In this document: positions 1 through 9,950 of the stretch, piece after piece
Layout of the letters: every line of letters begins with the position of its first letter
Position numbering within the stretch: position 1 is the stretch's first letter
NCBI GenBank assembly: GCA_039096225.1
Contig: JBBPEB010000007.1
Coordinates: forward strand, 1 to 64,000
DNA from: Blastocystis sp. Blastoise
Lineage: Eukaryota; Protista; Bigyra: Opalinata
Reading direction: 5' to 3'
Length of the DNA: 64,000 nt
The notes under the pieces: generated by a model
What the model saw: the letters and a program-made list of their open reading frames with translations, nothing else
Databases searched by the model: none
Told to the model about the DNA's origin: nothing
Made by a program: the position numbers and the translations under genes

Positions 1-243
1 ATATAATATATATTTTATTTATTATGTATTTTGTTCTCTTGGTGTATTAATAGCTTTGTTGCTTTCGTATATATATATATATATATTTATACATAATCTT
101 TTTTTATTCTAATATTTCCCTTTTTTTTTTCTTTCACATTGGTATTCCTTTCTTGTAACTTTTATTGTGTTTTTCTATAATTTTATATATATATATATAT
201 TATTTTCTATTCATATATACTTATAATTACTTTTGTTTATCGT

Positions 244-306
244 ATTTAAGCTCCATAATGGATGGATATATATATATATATACAGGTTCAAATCCTGGCT
301 TAAATA
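244..306 (+). ncRNA. tRNA-like element with (TA)n in place of anticodon arm (type A)
   Basis: Acceptor stem ATTTAAG/CTTAAAT, D-like stem CCAT/ATGG with AATGG loop, T-arm CAGG-TTCAAAT-CCTG (B box), followed by TTTT. Confidence 0.65.
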
Positions 307-414
307 TTTTATTTTATTATATTCTTTTTATAATTAATTTTTATATTATAATTATATTATATATATATATATAGAAGATGAATTCAATATATTAAAATAT
401 ATTATTATTTTAAT

Positions 415-484
415 ATTTAATTTCTATAAATGGATAGAATATATAAATATTATATATATATCAGGTTCGATTCCTGACTTAAAT
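415..484 (+). ncRNA. tRNA-like element with TA-rich anticodon region (type B)
   Basis: ATTTAA/TTAAAT stem (one mismatch), CTAT/ATAG D-like stem, TCAGG-TTCGATT-CCTGA T-arm with canonical B box. Confidence 0.6.
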
Positions 485-2174
485 TATTCTATTCTTTTAA
501 TTTATAATTATTATTCTATATATATAGAATTCAAATGTTTATCTAATCAATTATGTAATATATATAGTTATCTTCAATTATTTAATCATCAAGAAATCTC
601 TTTGTATTTACAAAAATTAAAAGATTTTCAAATAGTAATATAGTCTTCTAATTAATATTTCTTTCTTTTCTATCTTTATTTTCAATTCTCATGACAAATA
701 TCATCTTAATATGTTTATATCAACACTTCAGCACCAGTAATTAAAACATTTTTATATAAAATATGTTAATTTATTATCTTTTTTCAATTATAAATATTCA
801 TTATAACATATTAAACTTATATAAGCATACTACATAACTATTTTGATACACAATTCATCCATTCTTAAAAAATATTTTAGTCTATTTTTCAACTTTTAGT
901 CATACTAGTGTATACTATAGACTATTATTCAATGAATAGTATCAATTTTAATTCAAAAGAATAATATATGTTATTTAAAAATAATAAAATAAGAATAAAA
1001 AGAAAAATTACAATAAGAACTTTATCTTTCTTTTCAAACTTCTTCTTTTTATTTATTTATTATTTAGATACTCCTAATATTCATTATTTATTCATTTTTA
1101 TACTCATTATCATCTCTAGTCATCATATATATTTTTTATTTTATACTTTACTAAAACATTATCTTCTCATTCTTATTAATTATTTTCTTAAAGTTATTAT
1201 TATGTTTAATTCTTATTAATAATCACTTTATAAATTCATTTAACATGTTTTTATAAAGTATTTTAAACAAATCTTGTCAAAGACTCTCCTTCAACTATCT
1301 TCAAACTGTTCATGACTCAACTTTTTAATGATTTTAGTACTCTATTATTAATAGACTGTGACACTTTTCTTTAAAATATTCTTTTATACACACAATTCTT
1401 AACATTATTAAACTATTTTGTTTTTAAAACAAGTTATTATCATACACACATGCTTATTAGTCTATAATAACTTCATAAAAGTTATTTTTGTTTATTTAAG
1501 TCAACATGAGTGAATTCATAGTTTTTTACAAAATGTCTTTAAACTAAACTTTTATTTATTTAAATAGTATCTATATGTTAATTTACATTAATTGTATTTA
1601 TATTATATTATAAAAACTATTTTATGATATAAAAAATTAAATTTTAAAATAAAAAATAAAAATGATATACAATCAATTTTTCTTTTTTTATTATGTTTTT
1701 TTTATTAATATTATATATTATATATATATCCAATACACACACAACCTATATAATAATAATATATAATAAAATAAATAATATATACCTTATTAAAGGGTTA
1801 AACACCCTCTAGTTGAAAGAATAGTTTAGAAATTTTTGAATTTTTGTTATATTTTTTTTTACCTATTTTAATCATTTCTATACCTAATACTTACAAAGAA
1901 GACTCAATACTTCATTAAACACACTCAACTCATCCTATATATACTTTCTATATAAAAATAACTATATAATATAAAATATTTATACATAATCACCACAATT
2001 GTCTAATATAATATATACCTTAAAAAGTATTCCAATGATACTAAGACAACATAAATGATCCAAAATCATCGTAGAACATAGTTTATCATCATAAGTACCA
2101 AAACCAACACTACAAAGACAATGGGAAAAAGTGATGTTATGAATTTTCATTCATAAACATCACTTTCAACTTAA

Positions 2175-2234
2175 TTAAAATCTTCCCATTCTTACCTTAA
2201 ACCTTTTCAAACGTAGTAATTCAAACAGATCCAT
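2175..2234 (-). CDS. Candidate micropeptide MDLFELLRLKRFKVRMGRF (19 aa)
   Basis: Conserved with copy 2; only synonymous or conservative substitutions. Confidence 0.3.
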   Translation of the reverse strand: MDLFELLRLKRFKVRMGRF

Positions 2235-2429
2235 GAATAGCACCACATTTCAACAAACCACAAGTATCCTAACACTATAAATAGCTACACATTCAAACTC
2301 AAGACAAGAATGGCGTCTATTTATTATTTAATATAAATAATATTTCATTATAAAAATAAAAATAAATATATAGAATTCATTAAATAAATAAAAATAAAAG
2401 AATTACCATTATAATTTAAAAAAAAAACA

Positions 2430-3080
2430 AAAAAAGTAAAGTAAAATATTAAAGCCTCTCAAAAAGGTCAACCACTTTTTTACCCTAATAACATTTTGGT
2501 TGACTTTTTTATTTTAATTCATTCTATTGGCTTATTTCATCCTACAATCGTAGAATCGTAGACTCTACGATTCTAGGATTGTAGACAGCCAATCAAATTC
2601 ATTATCCTACAATCCTACAATCGTAGAATCGTAGACTCTACGATTGTAGACTACCAATCAAATTCATTATCTTATATTCTACAATCGTAGAATCGTAGAC
2701 TCTACGATTCTATGATTGTAGAAATGAAAAACTCTATTTTTATTGGATAAATCTTTTTTTATCCAATTATTTTCTTCTTTTTTCAATTCTACAATACCCA
2801 ATTATTTTATTTTATTTTTTTAACCAATTAAATTAATTATTTTCACCCTAATAAAATTTTGAGAACACTTCTTTTAAAACATTACCACTTTATTCTATCA
2901 TTTTTTTACCCTAATACTATTTTGGTTCACTTTTTTACCCTAATACTATTTTATTTCACTTTTTTTTAAACTTATTCTATTGGTTTATTTAATCCTACAA
3001 TCATACAATCCTAGACTCTACGATTCTACGATTCTAGACTACCAATTAAATCAATAATATCTTTTTTTATCCAATTATAT
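2430..3080. promoter_or_regulatory. CCAAT-box / ACCCTAATA telo-box / 8-bp palindromic repeat array (copy 1)
   Basis: 10 CCAAT/ATTGG sites between 2526 and 3075, four ACCCTAATA motifs, palindromic CTACAATCGTAGAATCGTAGACTCTACGATT arrays. Confidence 0.55.
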
Positions 3081-3140
3081 TTATAATATAATATATTTTT
3101 ATAACATAAATTAACATATTCTCAATATATATTTTTTTTT

Positions 3141-3177
3141 CCCTAACCCTAACCTAACCCTAACCCTAACCTAACCT
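3141..3177 (+). repeat. Interstitial telomere-like repeat (CCCTAA/CCTAA)
   Basis: CCCTAACCCTAACCTAACCCTAACCCTAACCTAACC directly after T9. Confidence 0.85.
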
Positions 3178-3529
3178 TTCTTATTTTTTCTTATATAGGC
3201 TCTATAGTGCAGTTAGTACCTGGATATTCTTCTATTCATTCTTTAAAAGGTATATATATATATATATATATATAATTACTATTATTCAACTATATAATTA
3301 TTTCTATTTTATAGAATTTTTTTCTCTTCTTAGATGATACTATTTATTTATATCTCTCTTTAGTCATTATTATATGTTTTTGGATTGTTCTTGGTCGTAT
3401 GGGCTACATTTTATTCTATATATATTATTTTTTTATATATATTTGTTTGTTTATATAATTATATATATATATATTGTTTTATATAATATATACTTCTATT
3501 GAACTTTATTATTACCCTTTTTTGGTTGT

Positions 3530-3550
3530 ATTTAAGCTCCATAATGGATG

Positions 3551-3594
<44 letters not shown>

Positions 3595-3615
3595 GGTTCA
3601 ACTCCTGACTTAAAT
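3530..3615 (+). ncRNA. tRNA-like element with (TA)n anticodon region (type A)
   Basis: ATTTAAG/CTTAAAT, CTCCAT/ATGGAG, long (TA)n, TCAGG-TTCAACT-CCTGA. Confidence 0.65.
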
Positions 3616-3755
3616 CTTATATTTTATTATAATTCTATTATTATGTTTTATTTATAGTCTTTTTATAATTAATTTTTGTATTGTAATTCTATTATATATA
3701 TATATATATATAGAAGATGAATTCAATATATTAAATTAATTCAAAATGTATTATT

Positions 3756-3828
3756 ATTTAAGTTCTATAAATGGATAGAATATATATATATATATATATA
3801 TATTTCAGGTTCAATTCCTGACTTAAAT
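3756..3828 (+). ncRNA. tRNA-like element with (TA)n anticodon region (type B)
   Basis: ATTTAAG/CTTAAAT, TTCTAT/ATAGAA, (TA)n, TCAGG-TTCAATT-CCTGA. Confidence 0.65.
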
Positions 3829-5525
3829 TATTATTCTATATATAGATTTCAAGTATCTATCAGCTCAAAATAATCAACTATATTTTATTATTAATATATA
3901 TATAGACATACTCAGTTAGTTTATCATCAAAGGTCTCATTGTTTTTATAAAAGAAAAAAATTAAATAATATTCAAATAATAAATAGTCTTCTAATTAATA
4001 TTTCTTTCTTTTCTATCTTTATTTTCAATTCTCATGACAAATATCATCTTAATATGTTTATATCAACACTTCAGCACCAGTAATTAAAACATTATTATAT
4101 AAAATAAACTAATTTATTATCTTTTTTCAATTATAAATATTCATTATAACATATTAAACTACTGTAAACATACTACATAACTATTTTGATACACAATTCA
4201 TCCATTCTTAAAAAATATTTTAGTCTATTTTTCAACTTTTAGTCATACTAGTGTATACTATAGACTATTATTCAATGAATAGTATCAATTTTAATTCAAA
4301 AGAATAATATATGTTATTTAAAATTAATAAAATGAGAATAAAAAGAAAAATTACAATAAGAACTTTATCTCTCATTTCAAACTTCTTGTTTTTATTTATT
4401 TATTATTTAGATACTCTTAATATTCATTATTTATTCATTTTTATATCTATTAAGATCTCTAGTCATCATATATATTTTTTATTTTATACTTTACTAAAAC
4501 ATTATCTTCTCATTCTTATTAATTATTTTCTTAAAGTTATTATTATGTTAAATTATTATTAATAATCACTTTATAAACTCATTTAACATGCTTTTATAAA
4601 ATATTTAAAACAAATCTTGTCAAAGACTCTCCTTCAACTATCTTCAAACTGTCTATAATTCAACTTTTTAATGACTTTAGTACTCTATTATTAATATTCT
4701 GTGACACTTTTCTTCAAAATATTCTTTTATACACACAATTCTTAGCATTATTAAACTATTTTGTTTTTAAAACAAGTTTTTATTACACCTATATGTTTAT
4801 TAGTCTATAATAACTTCATAAAAGTCATTTTTGTTTATTCAAGTCAACATGAGTGAATTCATAGTTTTTTACAAAATGTCTTTAAACTAAACTTTTATTT
4901 ATTTAAATAGTATCTATATGTTAATTTACATTGATTGTATTTATATTATACTATAATTATCATTTAAACATATTAAAAAATTAATTTTTTAAAATAAAAA
5001 ATAAAAAACATATTCAATTATTTCTTCTTTTTTTATTATGATATTTTTACTTTAATTATACACAAAATACATATTAAGCACACACACAACCTATATAATA
5101 ATAATATATAATAAAATAAATAATATATACAATTATAATTCATCAAAGAGCCTCTAGTTGAAAACAAAGTAGAAACATTTTGTAATTTTTAAGTAGTTTT
5201 TGTTTTCTATTTTGAATCGTTTCAACGATAAATATTGCTTAAATAATTTATATTTCATATTATATACATTCATAACCACCTATATAAACTTTATAAATAA
5301 AAAAATATATATAATATAAAATATTTCTAGACAATTAAGTTAATTGTCTATTTTTTACATACCTTGAAAAATTATAAGTTGACACTAACAGCACCCATTC
5401 ATCAAGATATCATCACACAACACCACTAACAACGAAAACAGCCAAAAGGAAGACCTAAAAAACGACACAATATACTGATGTCTAAACTTATCGTTCAAAG
5501 ACATCAGTATCATCGATACAGCATC

Positions 5526-5636
5526 TTACCTATTATAACAGTATAAAATAATATAAAATATAATAATATACCTAATTGGAAATCTTCCCATTCTTACCTT
5601 AAACTTCTTAAAACGCAAAATTTCAAGCAGATCCAT
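5526..5636 (-). CDS. Candidate micropeptide MDLLEILRFKKFKVRMGRFPIR (22 aa; putative intron 5530-5571)
   Basis: Homolog of 2175-2234. A GTATAT...ATAATAG 42-nt intron-like segment lies just before the stop. Confidence 0.3.
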   Translation of the reverse strand: MDLLEILRFKKFKVRMGRFPIRYIIIFYIILYCYNR

Positions 5637-5824
5637 GAATAGCACCACATTCTCACCTTTTACAAGAATCCATACACTATATCAAACCAACAATCCAACA
5701 CACATACCAACAATGGCGTCTGTTTACTTTTTTATATACATAATACTAACTTATAAATATAAAAATAATTATATAAAAATCAAAAACTTTAATAAAAATA
5801 ATTCATAAACTTTAAAAAGAAATA

Positions 5825-6472
5825 AAAAAAGTAAAGTAAAATATTAAAGCCTCTCAAAAAGGTCAACCACTTTTTTACCCTAATAACATTTTGGTTGACT
5901 TTTTTATTTTAATTCATTCTATTGGCTTATTTCATCCTACAATTCTACAATTCTAGATTCTGGAATTCTAGAATTGTAAACTACCAATCATTTTCATTAT
6001 CCTACAATTCTACAATTCCAGAATCTAGAATTCTAGAATCCTACACTACCAATCAAATTCATTATCTTATATTTTATACTCTACAATTCTACAATCCTAG
6101 ATTCTAGAATTCTAGAATTCTAGACTACCAATTATATTTAATATATCTTTTATTATCCAATTATTTTATTTTTCTATAATTCTACAATACCCAATTAATT
6201 TATTCTATTCATTTTAACCAATTAAATTAATTATTTTCACCCTAATAAAATTTTTAAAACACTTCTTTTAAAATATTACCACTTTTTTCAACCAATTTTT
6301 AACCCTAATACTATTTTGGTTCACTTTTTTACCCTAATACAATTTTATTTCACTTTTTTTTTAATTCATTTTATTGGTTTATTTCATTCTACAATTCTAC
6401 AATCCTAGATTCTAGAATTCTAGAATTCTAGACTACCAATTAAATCAATTATATCTTTTATTATCCAATTAT
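5825..6472. promoter_or_regulatory. CCAAT-box / telo-box / palindromic repeat array (copy 2)
   Basis: 11 CCAAT/ATTGG sites, ACCCTAATA motifs, CTACAATT/CTAGAATT 8-bp units. Confidence 0.55.
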
Positions 6473-6534
6473 ATAACAAATATATAATATTATTATAACA
6501 TTTTATAACATACTCTCAGTATATATTTTTTTTT

Positions 6535-6564
6535 CCCTAACCCTAACCTAAACCCTAACCTAAC
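6535..6564 (+). repeat. Interstitial telomere-like repeat
   Basis: CCCTAACCCTAACCTAAACCCTAACCTAAC directly after T9. Confidence 0.85.
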
Positions 6565-7600
6565 TCTAGAAGTCATAAATAATCATAAATATACATTATA
6601 TGTACAGATTATCAATTTTCAAAAATAATCATGGGAATTTATCAAATAACACTTTATAAGTCATAAATAATCATAAATGTGTCATTATATATAAAATTCT
6701 CAACTTTCATGAACAGTCACATATTATGTCACAAAACACCTATAAGTCATATGTACATATAACCCTAACTGTTTGAGTCAAATATATCTTAGTTTTTAAA
6801 AGAGACATTAAGATATCTTACATAGCACTCTATACCTCATATATATTAATCAGTATTTTGTTATCCATGAAAATATCTTAATTTCAAAAATAATCACGGG
6901 AATATATTAAATTATACTCTAAAAGTCGTAAATAACCATAAATATATCATCTTATGTACAGATTATTAATTTTCAAAAATAATCATGGAAATTTATCAAA
7001 TAAGACTCTATAAGTCATAAATAATCATAAAATTAGCATGATCCATAAAATGCTTGACTCTCATAAAATACCACTTAAATATGTTAAAGAAAACCTATAT
7101 GACTTATAATATACATAAGTCTATGGTTTTGTATGAAAATATAATAATTTTCTAAATAATTAATGAAATATCCCATATAACACTCTATACATCATATATA
7201 TACATAACTCTATCATTTTTATTAATAGATCTTACTTTCAAAAATAATCACGATTATCTATCAAATTTTACTTTGGATAACATAAATAATCATAAATGTA
7301 TCATTATATTTAAAATCATCAACTTTCAAAAATAATCACGGGAATTTATTCAATTTTACTCTAGAACTCTTCAATAATTATAAATATATCATTTTATATA
7401 TATATATATAATCAAGTTTAGAACATAATCACGATTATTCATCAAATTACACTCAAAAAGTCATAAATTTCATAAATACTTCATTATATATAAAAATGAT
7501 TACTTATTAATTTTTTTGTTATGAATGACTTATCAAGTCTCCTATATACTCCTAGGTACTCATTATTATCTATATGACTTACATACACCTATACTAGAAC
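6565..7600. repeat. Degenerate ~88-bp satellite with ~354-bp (4-monomer) higher-order repeat
   Basis: AAGTCATAAATAATCATAAAT-type monomer starts at ~6570, 6658, 6744, 6832, 6924, 7012, 7100, 7188, 7277, 7365, 7458. Several monomers four apart are the most alike. Confidence 0.75.
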
Positions 7601-7699
7601 AAAACATTACACTTATTTGTCATATTAGACTCTTAGCTACTATTTATTCTACCTAATTTTGTTTTATATATAAATTAAGCTTCTTTAGTCAATATTCAC

Positions 7700-9950
7700 G
7701 ATTATTTATAAATATTATAGTAATAAATCGAATTATTCATAAATTCTATATTTTCTATTGATTATCATCTAACTTTATTATTCTTTACACAAAAAAATCA
7801 AATATATCAATTCTAAAAACAATAGTATTTGCTACAAAAAAATTAATTTTTATAATTATTTGTAATTATATGTATATATATACATATATTCATTATTATT
7901 CTATCTTATCAACATTAATTAACATAATTCTAATGAATATCATAAATATTTTATAAAGCATTCATTACTAATTGAATTATTCAATATAAATAATATATTT
8001 CCATACAATCAGAAATAAATTTATAATATATCATTTTAATTCTTTTTTTTAATTTATATATTTATACATTTTAAAAACTAATATAATTTCTTAACATATA
8101 TTATAAATAATTTTATATATATATAACAAACTATAAATTTTAATAGCATCTTTTCTATTATTCAAATAGATATATTTACATATATAATAAATTCATATAT
8201 ATATATGATTATCTTCATTCATTATTATATATATGTATAAATAAAAAGTAATATTATTTATAAGAATATTTCTAATACTAAACAATTTCTATTCAATATT
8301 TTTTCATCAATTGATTAATTCATATAAAATATTATTTTAATTTATTATTCAATTATTTAAATAGAATTTTATATTAATATTTAATAAAAATTATATTTTT
8401 AAATCATTTTCATTATTTTAATTTTTTAATTTAAATATCATTCATAAATCAATATTTATTTTCATTTAAAAATTACATATATATTTATTAATTAAAAATT
8501 TTTCTTATTAATTAATAAATATATTTGTTTCTAATATTTTTTATATTAATTTAATAGTATTATTCATTATATTATTTATTATAAAGCAATAATTATTATT
8601 AAATATAATTCATCATATTAAATGTAAAATAACTTTATAATATAAAATATTATCATAAATTAATTTGGAAATAATCATTTTTAATAAAAATATATTTATA
8701 TTATATATTCAAAAACTATTTCATTTATATTTTATTAATATATTTATTCAATATATATATATATAAATATAATTTATATTTAAAAAATATTTCTATTATC
8801 ACATTTAAATGAATTCTTTTATATTAATATAACTTATTCATAATTTAATCCATTTTTATAAATAAATAATTAAATAATTAAACTACATAAAAATTATAAA
8901 AAATTCATTTAATCTTAATAAAAATCAAATATCTTATTCAAAGAATAATTTATTATCAAATATATTTTGAATTCCATATTATTAATAGAATATCAAATGA
9001 ATAAATAAAATATAAAAAATAATTTATAAATAAATGAATGTAAATATTATTTTAAAAATATTTAATTCATTATTTAAATAAATAATTTAATACATAATTC
9101 TTATCTTTTATTTATTAATGCTTCAATATCATTAAAATCATTAACATTATAATAAATATCATATTAATTAAATAATTATATTTATAAATATAAATATAAA
9201 TTCATTTAATAAAAATAAATCATTGACATTAAAATATATAAAAAATATTTTATAAAACAATTTATATATATTTTATAATAATAAAATAAATTAAAATATA
9301 ATATTTGAATCTATTATAATTCTATATCAACACATATGTATTTTCTACGTATTATCATTTAATATAAATTTTTATTTAAATTTATAACACTACAATGTTT
9401 TATATATTTTAAGAATTAGTTAAAATACTTTATTAATAAAAAAACATTTATCACTCTAAGAATAATTTCTTTTAATATTATATATATATTTCTAATTAAA
9501 AATAATCTATTTTAAAACTATACATAATAAAAATAATAATAATATATATCTATAAAAATAAATATTATTTTTTTTATTAATATTTATTTATATAATAAAA
9601 ATTTTAAAAGAATGGTTTTGATTATCTATATATGATAAATAATTCTTTAATATTACTAATTTATGGATTATCATTAATAATATATATAAAACTTATATGT
9701 ATATATAACACATAATTAAAAATGAATTTATGACACTAAAATCTATTCCAAAACAAGAATTACAAAAAATGTTTTCTTTTAAAATTTTATTTTTTTTTCA
9801 TATATTAATTTTATTTATATCTAAAAAATAGCAAATTAAAATTTTTGAATTATTTCTATTTAACTTCTTTTACAATTCTAAATATTTCATAGAATTATTT
9901 ATTTACTATTCATAATTTAAAAGAAAAATTAGTTTGTTTTTATTTCCTTA
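7700..9950. other. Ultra-AT-rich, gene-free, non-tandem tract
   Basis: Sampled 60-nt lines in 8.3-9.3 kb contain only 2-5 G+C. No ORF in the track and no exon-like segments. Confidence 0.7.

Larger units (their letters stand above)
1..3177. repeat. Subtelomeric repeat unit copy 1 (left end outside or at window edge), ends in T9 + telomere-like repeats
   Basis: Colinear with 3178-6564: 244<->3530, 968<->4311, 2180<->5582, 2451<->5846, 3141<->6535. Near-identical blocks (~630-1790, 2430-2548) alternate with diverged blocks. Confidence 0.9.
3178..6564. repeat. Subtelomeric repeat unit copy 2
   Basis: Same module order as copy 1 and the same right junction, CTCA(A/G)TATATA-T9-CCCTAACCCTAACCTAA. 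Confidence 0.9.

Noticed and set aside
2526-3075. CRISPR array
   Set aside because: Eukaryotic context, no cas genes, and the inter-repeat segments are themselves repeated rather than unique spacers.
3198-3250. tRNA 5' half (GGCTCTATAGTGCAGTTAGTA)
   Set aside because: No anticodon or T arm follows. It is bracketed by TATAG and GTATAT and looks more like an orphan exon of a hydrophobic-protein relic.
968-4562. Duplicated 83-aa ORFs (968-1219, 4311-4562) as real proteins
   Set aside because: F/I/L/Y/K/N composition typical of AT-rich noise, and conservation simply tracks the near-identical DNA block. Not fully excluded.
5935-6435. Heat-shock elements (TTCTAGAA runs)
   Set aside because: The 8-bp period does not give contiguous inverted nGAAn pentamers, and copy 1 lacks the motif.
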